The notes below the pieces were generated by a model. That model worked only from the letters and a program-made list of their open reading frames with translations. It did not search any database and had not been told where the DNA came from. The position numbers and the translations under genes are program-made. A DNA stretch of 64,000 bases from Hydrogenophaga sp. (GTDB lineage: Bacteria > Pseudomonadota > Gammaproteobacteria > Burkholderiales > Burkholderiaceae_C): NCBI GenBank assembly GCA_030682835.1, contig JAUXNG010000085.1, positions 6,443 through 70,442 on the forward strand, read 5' to 3'. Position 1 is the first letter of the stretch. Each line of letters starts with the position of its first letter. This document shows, one piece after another, positions 19,273-28,085 of the stretch.

Positions 19273-20385
19273 ATGAAGATCACCGCCATCTCGCCTTTCA
19301 TCCTGCACATGCCGGTCACCGGCAGCCAGATTGCCGACAGCACGCACACCCTGAGCCACTGGGGTGTGGTGGGTGCGAAGATCGACACCGATGCCGGTGT
19401 CTCAGGCTACGGCTTCACCGGCACCCATGCGCACCTGCCGAGTGACCAGCTCATCACGCGGTGCATTGAAACCTGCCATGCGCCCCTGTTGCTGGGTGAA
19501 GACCCGCGCGATGTGCAGCGGCTGTGGCTGAAGCTGGCGCGCGACCCGGCCCTGCAGTGGGTGGGCCGGGCCGGCATCACCACGCTCTCGCACGCCGCCC
19601 TCGATGTGGCCCTGTGGGACATCAAGGCCAAGGCCGCGGGTATGCCGCTGTGGCAGTTGCTGGGTGGCGCGGTGCGCGAGCGCCTGCGCGCCTACAACAC
19701 CGACATCGGCTGGCTCAGCCTGTCGGATGACCAGCTGCTGGCGGGCGCCGTGTCCGCGGTGGAGGATGGCTTCACGGGCATCAAGATCAAGGTGGGCTCC
19801 AGCGTTGAGCGCGACCTGCGGCGGCTCGCAGCGGTGCGGCGGGCCATCGGGCCCGATGTGACGCTGGCCATCGATGGCAACGGAAAATGGGACCTGCCCA
19901 CCTGTCTGCGGTTTTGCCGCGCGGCTGCCGAGCACGACGTTTTCTGGTTCGAGGAACCGCTGTGGTACGACGACGTGAAAGGCCACGCATTCTTGGCCCG
20001 ATCACAGGCGATCCCGTTGGCGCTGGGCGAGCAGCTCTACACCGCCGAGGCCTTCGCCGAGTTTTTCCAGCAGGGCGCTCTGCACTGGGCGCAGCCCGAT
20101 GTCACCCGCATGGCGGGGCTGACCGAAGTGTGGAGGGTGTGCGAGATGGCGCAGGGCTGGCGCCTGCCGGTGGCGCCCCACGCGGGCGACATGAGCCAGG
20201 TCCATGTGCACCTGGCCTATGCTCACCCGGCCTGCGCGGTGCTGGAGTACATCCCCTGGATCCGAGACGGCTTCACCGAGCCGGCCGAGGTGGTGGACGG
20301 GCACTTCCGCCGTCCCGGTCAGCCGGGTGCGGGCACCACGCCCACCCCGCAGGCCTGGGAACGCTACCGCCGACCGACGAACTGA
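19273..20385 (+). CDS. Mandelate racemase-subgroup enolase-superfamily protein (KxK), probable acid-sugar dehydratase
   Basis: [40 protein letters not shown]. Confidence 0.88.
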   Translation: MKITAISPFILHMPVTGSQIADSTHTLSHWGVVGAKIDTDAGVSGYGFTGTHAHLPSDQLITRCIETCHAPLLLGEDPRDVQRLWLKLARDPALQWVGRAGITTLSHAALDVALWDIKAKAAGMPLWQLLGGAVRERLRAYNTDIGWLSLSDDQLLAGAVSAVEDGFTGIKIKVGSSVERDLRRLAAVRRAIGPDVTLAIDGNGKWDLPTCLRFCRAAAEHDVFWFEEPLWYDDVKGHAFLARSQAIPLALGEQLYTAEAFAEFFQQGALHWAQPDVTRMAGLTEVWRVCEMAQGWRLPVAPHAGDMSQVHVHLAYAHPACAVLEYIPWIRDGFTEPAEVVDGHFRRPGQPGAGTTPTPQAWERYRRPTN

Positions 20386-20389
20386 AACC

Positions 20390-21169
20390 TCAGGGCATCA
20401 GCTGCCCCCCATTGACCTCGATCACCTGGCCGGTGATGTAGCCGGCCAGGGTATCGTCGGCCAGGAAAGCGAAGGCGCCGACGCAGTCATCGGCCGTGCC
20501 CAGGCGGCCCATGGGGATGCCCTTGCGGGCACCTTCGAGTTGCTCGGCGGTGGAGTGGCGGGCATGGAAGTCGGTCTGGATCACGCCGGGTGAAACCGCG
20601 TTGACCCGGATGCCGTGCGGCGCCAGTTCACGTGCCAGCACCCGTGTCATGGTGCTGACAAAGGCCTTGGCCGCGCCGTACAGTCCCACGCCGTCACCGC
20701 CCCCTGTGCGCGCCGCAATCGAGGTGGTGTTGATCATGCAGCCGCGACCAGCCGCGCGCATCACCGGGGCCGCGGCGCGGCACACCGCAAAGGCGGCATG
20801 CACGTTCAGGCCCATGACCCGGTCGAAGTCCTCGTCGGTGGCCTGCTCAAGAGGGCGGCGCCCGAACATGTCGCCGGCGTTGTTGATCAGCAGGTCCAGC
20901 CCGCCGAACTCCGCCACGCAGGCCTTCACCAGCGCGTCGGGCGTGCGGCGGTCGAGCAGGTCGCCTTCCAGCACAGTGGCGCGCGCGCCGTGCTGCCGGA
21001 TCTGCGCCACCACTTCATCCGCGCCCGCACGGTTGCGCGAGCAATGCACCGCCACCTGGGCGCCGGCAGCGCCCATGGCAAGGGCCACGGCTGCGCCGAT
21101 GCCGGAACTGCCGCCGGTGACGAGCACGCGTCGGCCCGAGAAGCGCAGGGACTTGGACAGGTCGATCAT
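20390..21169 (-). CDS. SDR family oxidoreductase
   Basis: TGGSSGIG, LINNAG, YGAAK, ITGQVIEVNGG. Confidence 0.9.
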   Translation of the reverse strand: MIDLSKSLRFSGRRVLVTGGSSGIGAAVALAMGAAGAQVAVHCSRNRAGADEVVAQIRQHGARATVLEGDLLDRRTPDALVKACVAEFGGLDLLINNAGDMFGRRPLEQATDEDFDRVMGLNVHAAFAVCRAAAPVMRAAGRGCMINTTSIAARTGGGDGVGLYGAAKAFVSTMTRVLARELAPHGIRVNAVSPGVIQTDFHARHSTAEQLEGARKGIPMGRLGTADDCVGAFAFLADDTLAGYITGQVIEVNGGQLMP

Positions 21170-21197
21170 CGGGGTCACTCCGTGCGGGTCAACAGGT

Positions 21198-22229
21198 TCA
21201 GGCCGCTGCGGTGGTGACGGGCGCGGTGCGCCCGGCGACCAGGCGCGCAGCGTATTCGATGGCGTCGACCATGCTCTCCGCACTGGCCTTGCCGGTGCCG
21301 GCGATGTCGAACGCCGTCCCGTGGTCCACCGAGGTGCGCAGGATGGGCAGGCCCAGGGTGATGTTCACCCCACTGACCGACTGCCACACCCCCGTCACTG
21401 GATCAATAGAGAAGCCCAGCAGCTTGACCGGGATGTGGCCCTGGTCGTGGTACATGGCCACCACCGCGTCGAACTGTGCCGCGCGCAGCTTGATGAAGAC
21501 GGTGTCACCAGGCCATGGGCCGCTGACCCCGTGGCCGGCCGTCTGGTACTCGGCGACGACGGGGGCGATGATCTGGGCGTCCTCCTGGCCCAGAATGCCG
21601 CCTTCACCCGCATGCGGGTTCAGGCCGCACACGGCCACCCGCGGCCGGTCCATGCCCAGTGCGTGCAAGGCAGCCAGCGTGACGTCAATCACGCGGCGCA
21701 GTCGGGTGGGCGTGAGGCGCCGGGGCACGTCGCTGAGGGCGCAGTGTGTGCTGACGTGTGAGACGCGCATGTTGCCGTGCGCCAGCATCATCACGCCGTC
21801 GCGCTCGCCGCTGAGGTGGGCGAGCATTTCGGTGTGGCCTTCAAAGGGATAGCCCGCCAGATGCAGGGCTTCCTTGCAAAGGGGAGCGGTGACGATAGCG
21901 TCGGCCTCGCCGCTTTGACACAGACTCACCGCGCGTTCCACCGCGCGGTAGGCCCAGTGGCCGCCGGCCTCACCGACCTGGCCCACATTGACTGGCTGGG
22001 TGACCGGGCCAACGTCCTCCATCTGCACCTGCGTGCGCAGGGCTTGATGCGTATCCAGACCGAGGTCACGCAGCGCGCGTTCATAGGCCTGTGCGCTGCC
22101 GAGCACGCGCAGCGACAGGCGACCCTGTTGCAGGTCGGGCAGCAACTGGTGCGCGGCCTTGACGATGATCTCGGGTCCGATGCCGGCAGGGTCACCCATG
22201 GTCAGGGCGAGTCGGGTAGGCGTATTCAT
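21198..22229 (-). CDS. pdxA: PdxA-family dehydrogenase (PdxA2, tetronate 4-phosphate dehydrogenase-like)
   Basis: TMGDPAGIGPE, TAPLCKE, GHTE, GLNPHAGE, MYHDQG, RTSVDHGTAFDIAG; coupled to a DUF1537 kinase. Confidence 0.9.
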   Translation of the reverse strand: MNTPTRLALTMGDPAGIGPEIIVKAAHQLLPDLQQGRLSLRVLGSAQAYERALRDLGLDTHQALRTQVQMEDVGPVTQPVNVGQVGEAGGHWAYRAVERAVSLCQSGEADAIVTAPLCKEALHLAGYPFEGHTEMLAHLSGERDGVMMLAHGNMRVSHVSTHCALSDVPRRLTPTRLRRVIDVTLAALHALGMDRPRVAVCGLNPHAGEGGILGQEDAQIIAPVVAEYQTAGHGVSGPWPGDTVFIKLRAAQFDAVVAMYHDQGHIPVKLLGFSIDPVTGVWQSVSGVNITLGLPILRTSVDHGTAFDIAGTGKASAESMVDAIEYAARLVAGRTAPVTTAAA

Positions 22230-23302
22230 GGGGAGGTTTCCAGGTGGGTTTGCGGCCAGAGGGCGAGCAGATCGTCGGCGTCACCGAACGCGCCTGAACG
22301 GGTGAGAATGAGCGTGTCTTGCCAGCGACCGTCGACCAAGTGCGCCTGGCCCCAGCCAGGGCGCGGCGAGGGGCCGGCCCGCAGGGCGCTGGCCCCTGTG
22401 CAGCGGCAAAGGGCCAGTAGCGTGTCGCCACCGACCACCGCCAGGGTGGATGGGACCGGGTGACTGTCCACCCAGGCCTGCACCCGTCCAAGCAGCGCCT
22501 GCGTGGCCGCCGCCACCGCGAGCGGTTCGGGCTCCATCCAGTCGGTCACGGGTGCGGTGGGCCTGATGTGTTGCAAGCACTGGAGCTGTCCGCGAAGCAC
22601 CGGGTGGCGGCTGGCGGTGATCAGGCATTCGGGTGTGGGTGTCAATGCGCGGGGGGAACCGTCTTCACGACTGGTCAGCGCCTGCGCCAGGCCGGCACTG
22701 CCGCACCACAGCCACTGGGCACCGGCGGGGCTGTGCGCCAGATCGGCCAGACGGGCGAGGTCGGTGTCATGCAGCGCGTCGGGTACCCACACTGTCGGTA
22801 CGCCGGGCTCCGGGGTCGGCATGTCCAGACCACTGCGAGTGAAAATGCCATGCGCCGCCAGTGCCTGGGCCAGGTTGTCCACGACGATCTGCAGCGCGGC
22901 ATGCCCGGGTTGGTTGGCCGGGCCGACCCAGTGGCGCTGCTGTGCGGTGAAGCGCCCCTGGGCCGGGAAGGCCGGCGCCAGCACCGCGCCGCGAAAGCGG
23001 CCTTGGTGCAGCAGCCAGGCCAGTTCGGCCAGGGTGTTGCCGCGCAGCAGGCTGTCGATTTTTTTGTAAGCCCGATCGCCACCGCAGAGCCAGTCAAGGG
23101 AGGAAGCGGCCAGCGCCGCAGGCCAGTCGCCAGCGGGCAGGTCCCGGCTGCCGGTGCTCACCGCCTGCACCGGGGCTTCACTGTGGTGCGGACGGTCCAG
23201 GAACACCGGTACCGATGTCATGGCCGAACACCAGGCGGCTGCCGTGTCGAGTGCGCCGGTCAGGTCGTCGGCCAGGATGCGCCAGCGCATGGGTTGCGGC
23301 AT
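22226..23302 (-). CDS. Four-carbon acid-sugar kinase family protein (DUF1537)
   Basis: ADDLTGALD, YKKIDSLLRGN, PAFPAQGR, GSAGLA, GGDT, TRSGAFG. Confidence 0.85.
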   Translation of the reverse strand: MPQPMRWRILADDLTGALDTAAAWCSAMTSVPVFLDRPHHSEAPVQAVSTGSRDLPAGDWPAALAASSLDWLCGGDRAYKKIDSLLRGNTLAELAWLLHQGRFRGAVLAPAFPAQGRFTAQQRHWVGPANQPGHAALQIVVDNLAQALAAHGIFTRSGLDMPTPEPGVPTVWVPDALHDTDLARLADLAHSPAGAQWLWCGSAGLAQALTSREDGSPRALTPTPECLITASRHPVLRGQLQCLQHIRPTAPVTDWMEPEPLAVAAATQALLGRVQAWVDSHPVPSTLAVVGGDTLLALCRCTGASALRAGPSPRPGWGQAHLVDGRWQDTLILTRSGAFGDADDLLALWPQTHLETSP

Positions 23303-24048
23303 CAGATCGTGATGCCGCCGTCGATGACGTAGGCCTGTCCGGTCACAAAGGCCGACTCGTCGCTGGCCAGAAACACCACCAGAGGTGCCACTTCGTGGGC
23401 CTGGGCCAGGCGCCCCAGGGGTTGGCGCGCGATGAAGGCCTTGCGTGCCTCCACCGGGTCGGGGTTGGCATTGATGCGGTCCTGCAGCGAGGGTGTGTCC
23501 ACCGTGCCGGGACAGATCGCGTTGCAGCGCAGACCCCGTCCCACAAAGTCAGCGGCGACACTTTTGGTCAGGCCGATCACCGCAGCCTTGGAGGCTCCGT
23601 AGATGAACCGGTTGGGCAGGCCTTTGATGCTGCTGCAGACGCTGGCCATGTTGATGATGCTGGCGCCGCCTTTGGCGTCTGCCTGGGCGAGCAGGCCGGG
23701 CAGCGCGGCCTGGATGGTCCAGAACTGCGCGCGCGCATTCAGGTTGAAGGCAAATGCCCATTCCTCATCGGTCGCCTGCGCGATGCTGCCGTTGTGCACG
23801 AAGCCGGCGCAGTTGAACAGGATGTCGAGCGCTGGCAGATCGCTGAAGAGGCGCTGGATAGCCGACTTGTCGAGGACGTCGAGCACGGCGGTGTGCACAG
23901 ATGGTGTCGCCTGGTAGGACTCCAGCAGAACGGGGTTGACATCGGTCGCCCAGACTTCGGCTCCTTCTGCGGCCAGAGCGAGTGCGGTGGCCCTTCCGAT
24001 GCCTTGCCCGGCGGCCGTGACGAGGGCGGTTTTTCCTTGCAGTCTCAT
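23302..24048 (-). CDS. SDR, BDH2/DHRS6-like (2-keto-3-deoxy-L-fuconate/pentonate 4-dehydrogenase-like)
   Basis: TAAGQGIG, LFNCAGFVH, PNRFIYGASK, CNAICPGTVDTPSL, FIARQPLGR. Confidence 0.85.
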   Translation of the reverse strand: MRLQGKTALVTAAGQGIGRATALALAAEGAEVWATDVNPVLLESYQATPSVHTAVLDVLDKSAIQRLFSDLPALDILFNCAGFVHNGSIAQATDEEWAFAFNLNARAQFWTIQAALPGLLAQADAKGGASIINMASVCSSIKGLPNRFIYGASKAAVIGLTKSVAADFVGRGLRCNAICPGTVDTPSLQDRINANPDPVEARKAFIARQPLGRLAQAHEVAPLVVFLASDESAFVTGQAYVIDGGITI

Positions 24049-24135
24049 GAAGTCTCCTGATGGGAACTCTTCTAGGGTTTTCTCTAGGGCTGACGGGCTT
24101 GACGCCAATCATCATATGATGACATGATGAATCTT

Positions 24136-24152
24136 AATTGGTCTGACCACTT
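24136..24152. promoter_or_regulatory. FadR-subfamily operator (AATTGGTCTGACCACTT)
   Basis: TGGTC-N-GACCA palindrome resembling PdhR/LldR/UxuR-type boxes, between divergent operons and just upstream of a GntR gene. Confidence 0.65.
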
Positions 24153-24177
24153 GTCCAATACTGGATTTCCCCTAGAC

Positions 24178-24918
24178 ATGATTCAAGCCGTCGAACCCCA
24201 GCGTCTCTACCGTCAGATCGCCGAGCGAATCCGCGCGGCGATTGCGGCGGGTGATTACCGCCCGGGCAGCCGTCTGCCTGCCGAGCGCGAACTGGCGCAG
24301 CAGCTCGGCGTGAGCCGGCCGTCGTTGCGCGAGGCATTGATTGCGCTGGAAGTCGAAGGGCGTATCGAGGTGCGCACCGGTTCGGGCATATACGTACTCG
24401 AAGGGCCTGGGGCTCAACTGCCTCCCGTGAGCCTGGAGGGCGGCCCAAGCCCGCGGCAGACCGACAGCCCGCAGGAGTGGGGTCCGTTGGAGGTGCTCCG
24501 TGCGCGCCAGGTGTTTGAGGTGGAGATGGCCGCCATGGCTGCCACCCATGCGCGGCGAACGGATCTGCAGGCCATGTCCCGCGCCCTTGAGCAGATGCGC
24601 CATGAGGCGGCGGTCGGTCAGGCACCGCGCCACGGCGACGAGGCCTTTCATCTTGCGGTAGCCAAGGCCTGTGGCAACGACGTGCTCTACGACGCGGTGT
24701 GTCGCACCTGGCAGGCCCGCGACAGTGCCCTGTTTGAGCGATTGGGCGATTACTTCGAGCAGCCCCCCGCCTGGGAGCAAGCCATCAACGAGCACGACAG
24801 CGTGTACCTGGCCATCTGCAATCAGGACGCCAAAGCCGCCCGCCGGGCCATGCAATTCCACTTGCGACAGGCCATGAAACGTTACAGCGCGAGTTGGCGC
24901 CGCGCTCCTTCCCGATAG
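24178..24918 (+). CDS. FadR/GntR-family transcriptional regulator (UxuR/ExuR-like)
   Basis: RLYRQIA, RLPAERELA..LGVSRPSLREALIALEVEG..VRTGSGIYV, FCD domain; start placed at ATG 24178. Confidence 0.92.
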   Translation: MIQAVEPQRLYRQIAERIRAAIAAGDYRPGSRLPAERELAQQLGVSRPSLREALIALEVEGRIEVRTGSGIYVLEGPGAQLPPVSLEGGPSPRQTDSPQEWGPLEVLRARQVFEVEMAAMAATHARRTDLQAMSRALEQMRHEAAVGQAPRHGDEAFHLAVAKACGNDVLYDAVCRTWQARDSALFERLGDYFEQPPAWEQAINEHDSVYLAICNQDAKAARRAMQFHLRQAMKRYSASWRRAPSR

Positions 24919-24960
24919 ATCGCGCCAACCCTTCAATCTGAGACCAAACGGAGACAAGCC

Positions 24961-25947
24961 ATGAACAAGCGAAACACCCTCAAACTGCTCGGCGCGGTCA
25001 CCGCCCTGTCCGTCGGCATGATGGCCAGCACCACCGCGTTTGCGCAGCAGAAGCTCAAGTGGGCCCATGCCTACGAGACTTCTGAGCCCTACCACACCGA
25101 ATCGGTGTGGGCGGCTGAGGAAATCAAGAAGCGCACCAACGGCAAGTTCGACATTCAGGTTTTCCCCGCGTCGTCCCTGGGCAAGGAGAGCGACATCAAT
25201 CAGGGTCTCACCCTGGGCACGGTTGACATGATCATCAGCGGCACCTCGTTCGCCGCTCGTTCCTACCCGCGTCTGGGCATCGCCTACTACCCCTTCATCT
25301 TCCGCGACGGCGACCACCTGCTGGCCTATTCCCGCAGTCCGGTCTTCAAGGAAATGGTGGACGAGTACCGCAAGAAGACCGGCATTCAGATCACGGCCTA
25401 CACCTACTACGGCGCGCGCCACACCACGGCCCAGAAGGTGTTCACCAACTGTGAGGGCATGAAGGGTCTGAAGATCCGCGTGCCCGACGTGCCGGCCTAC
25501 ACCGCCACCCCGCGCGCCTGCGGCGCCAACCCCACGCCGATCGCGTTTGCCGAGGTCTACCTGGCGCTGCAGAACGGCACCGTGGAAGCACAGGAGAACC
25601 CGCTCACCACGATCGAAGCGAAGAAGTTCTTCGAGGTGCAGAAGGCGATCATGCTGACCGGCCACATCGTCGACGGCCTGACCACCCAGGTCGCGCCGCA
25701 CGTCTGGAACCGCCTGAGTGACGCCGAGAAGAAGGTGTTTGTCGACGTCACACAGGAAGCCGCTGCCCGCGCTTCGGCCAAGATCAAGGCGCGCGAGGCC
25801 GAGCTGGCTGACTTCTTCAAGTCCAAGGGACTGCAGGTGGTCAACGTGGACCGCGAGAGTTTTCGCCAGGCCGTGCTGAAGAACGTGACGCTGGAGTCCC
25901 TGGGTTACACCCGCGCCGACTACGACGCTATCCAGACTGCCAAGTGA
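24961..25947 (+). CDS. dctP: TRAP transporter substrate-binding protein (DctP/SiaP-like)
   Basis: Signal peptide, YYGARH, GLKIRVP, VYLALQNGTVEAQENP; GGAGAC RBS. Confidence 0.93.
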   Translation: MNKRNTLKLLGAVTALSVGMMASTTAFAQQKLKWAHAYETSEPYHTESVWAAEEIKKRTNGKFDIQVFPASSLGKESDINQGLTLGTVDMIISGTSFAARSYPRLGIAYYPFIFRDGDHLLAYSRSPVFKEMVDEYRKKTGIQITAYTYYGARHTTAQKVFTNCEGMKGLKIRVPDVPAYTATPRACGANPTPIAFAEVYLALQNGTVEAQENPLTTIEAKKFFEVQKAIMLTGHIVDGLTTQVAPHVWNRLSDAEKKVFVDVTQEAAARASAKIKAREAELADFFKSKGLQVVNVDRESFRQAVLKNVTLESLGYTRADYDAIQTAK

Positions 25948-25956
25948 TGACATGAG

Positions 25957-25991
25957 CCCGACCGTGTCGCGCTTGTCGCGACACGGTCGGG
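25957..25991 (+). other. Perfect 15-bp stem-loop between dctP and dctQ
   Basis: CCCGACCGTGTCGCG-CTTGT-CGCGACACGGTCGGG with no U tract. Confidence 0.7.
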
Positions 25992-26059
25992 GTAGTCCCC
26001 TTGTTCCATCCTTTTTCTCAGCCGGTGCCCGTCGGGGCCGGCCCCTGGGAGTTCCCGCC

Positions 26060-26602
26060 GTGTCCGCTCCTTTCGAAACGCCCGCACCCGCCGAAGTCTC
26101 GGCCTTTCATGTGCAAGACGACAAGGTTGATCTCTCGGGCACCACGCTTGAGGGTTGGCTGGCCCTCGGCTTTTTCATTCTGCTGGGTGCCACGGTGTTC
26201 TACCAGTTCGTCACTCGCTACGTGCTCAACGATTCGGCGGCCTGGACCGAAGAGATCGCGCGCTACCTCCTCATCGCCACCGTATTTCTCGGCCTGGGCA
26301 TTGGCGTGGCCAAGCACAGCCACATCCACGTGGATTTCTTCTACCGCTTCCTGCCCATGCCCATTCCGCGCTGGCTGGCCCGCGCGGTTGACGTTGCTTC
26401 GCTCGTGTTCTACGGCACCTGCGTGGTGCTGACCTGGCTGATGATGCAAAAGATGGGCAGCTACCAGATGACCATCGTCAACCTGCCGATGAACATCATC
26501 TATGGCATCTGCCTGGTGGGCTTTGCGTTTGCCGCCTGGCGCTCCAGCCAGATCATGGTGAAGCATTGGCGCGAGGACTACCGGGGCGTTGACGACATCT
26601 GA
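26060..26602 (+). CDS. dctQ: TRAP transporter small permease (DctQ)
   Basis: QFVTRYVLN, WTEEIARY, HIHVD; GTG start 26060 after GGGAG (ORF is open from 25952). Confidence 0.88.
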   Translation: MSAPFETPAPAEVSAFHVQDDKVDLSGTTLEGWLALGFFILLGATVFYQFVTRYVLNDSAAWTEEIARYLLIATVFLGLGIGVAKHSHIHVDFFYRFLPMPIPRWLARAVDVASLVFYGTCVVLTWLMMQKMGSYQMTIVNLPMNIIYGICLVGFAFAAWRSSQIMVKHWREDYRGVDDI

Positions 26603-26668
26603 CATCCCCCACCCTGATTTTTCTCGCTTTCGACCTCCCAATACCTACGCCCTCCGGGACCGCGCGCC

Positions 26669-28060
26669 ATGCTTCAATCCCTGTTCCTGTTGCTGACCGT
26701 GGCGGGCATGCCCATCGCCATCGCCATGTCGGCTGCAGCCCTGATCTACATCATGATCAGCGGCAACCTCCCGCCGTTCGTCGTCATCCACCGCATGATC
26801 AGCGGCATCGACAGCTTCCCCCTGTTGGCCGTGCCCTTCTTCATCCTGGCCGGCAACCTGATGAACAACGCGGGCATCACCAACCGCATCTTCGACATCG
26901 CCATGGCGCTGGTGGGCTGGCTCAAGGGCGGCCTGGGACACGTCAACGTGGTGGCCTCCATCATCTTCTCGGGCATGAGCGGCACCGCCATCGCAGACGC
27001 CGCGGGCCTGGGCACGATTGAGGTCAAGGCGATGAAGGACCGGGGCTACTCTGCCGAGTTCGCCGTCGGCGTAACGGCTGCCTCGGCCACGCTGGGCCCC
27101 ATCATCCCGCCCAGCCTGCCCATCGTCATCTACGCGATGCTGGCCAACGTATCGGTGGGCGGCATGTTTCTCGCGGGCATCGTCCCCGGCATCATGATCG
27201 CGCTGCTGCTCATGGCCATGGTCACCTACTACGCCTGGAAGAACGGCTGGGGCGGCGATGAGAAGTTTGTTTCCAGCCGTTTCGTGCGTGGCTTGCTGGA
27301 AGTGGCCATCGTCATTGGCTGGCCGCTGGGCCTGTGGCTGCTGGTCCAGGCCGGCGCACCGCCGCGCACCACTGTGTTCATCGGGCTGGCCCTGCTGTTC
27401 CTGGCAGACTGGAAGTTCCGCTTCACGGCGGTGCTGCCCATGATGACGCCGATCCTGCTCATCGGCGGCATGACGGTTGGTCTCTTCACCCCGACTGAAG
27501 GCGCAATTGCCGCCTGCATCTGGGCCATGGTGCTGGGCATGTTCTGGTACCGCACCCTCAACCTCAAGCGCACCCTGAAGATCTGCCTGGACACGGTCGA
27601 GACCACCAGCGTGGTGATGTTCATCGTGGCGGCCTCGAGCATTTTCAGCTGGATGCTCACCGCAGAAGGCATCACCGCCGACGTGGCCAGCTGGATCCTG
27701 GGCGTGACCGACGAGCAGTGGCAGTTTCTGCTGCTGGCCAACCTGCTCATGCTCTTCGTCGGCCTGTTCCTGGAGCCGGTAGCCGCCATCACGATCCTGG
27801 TGCCCATCCTGCTGCCGGTGGTGCTGCAGCTGGGCATCGACCCCATGCACTTCGGCCTGGTCATGGTGCTCAACCTCATGATTGGTCTCATCACGCCACC
27901 GGTGGGGCTGGTGCTCTTCATCATGGCCCGCATCGGAGAAATGACGCTGGAGCGCACGCTGGTGGCACTCCTGCCCTGGTTCGTGCCACTGGTGGCCAGC
28001 CTGATCATCATCACGTATGTGCCCGCGGTGACGCTGTGGCTGCCCCGGTTGCTGCAATGA
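26669..28060 (+). CDS. dctM: TRAP transporter large permease (DctM)
   Basis: AVPFFILAGNLM, SGTAIAD, IIPPSLP, FTPTEGA, GIDPMHFG, ITPPVG. Confidence 0.95.
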   Translation: MLQSLFLLLTVAGMPIAIAMSAAALIYIMISGNLPPFVVIHRMISGIDSFPLLAVPFFILAGNLMNNAGITNRIFDIAMALVGWLKGGLGHVNVVASIIFSGMSGTAIADAAGLGTIEVKAMKDRGYSAEFAVGVTAASATLGPIIPPSLPIVIYAMLANVSVGGMFLAGIVPGIMIALLLMAMVTYYAWKNGWGGDEKFVSSRFVRGLLEVAIVIGWPLGLWLLVQAGAPPRTTVFIGLALLFLADWKFRFTAVLPMMTPILLIGGMTVGLFTPTEGAIAACIWAMVLGMFWYRTLNLKRTLKICLDTVETTSVVMFIVAASSIFSWMLTAEGITADVASWILGVTDEQWQFLLLANLLMLFVGLFLEPVAAITILVPILLPVVLQLGIDPMHFGLVMVLNLMIGLITPPVGLVLFIMARIGEMTLERTLVALLPWFVPLVASLIIITYVPAVTLWLPRLLQ

Positions 28061-28085
28061 CGTCCCTCCCTAACGGAGCAACCCT

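Noticed and set aside
21198-22229. pdxA as a vitamin B6 biosynthesis gene
   Set aside because: Context (DUF1537 kinase, no surA/rsmA neighbours) indicates the catabolic PdxA2 type
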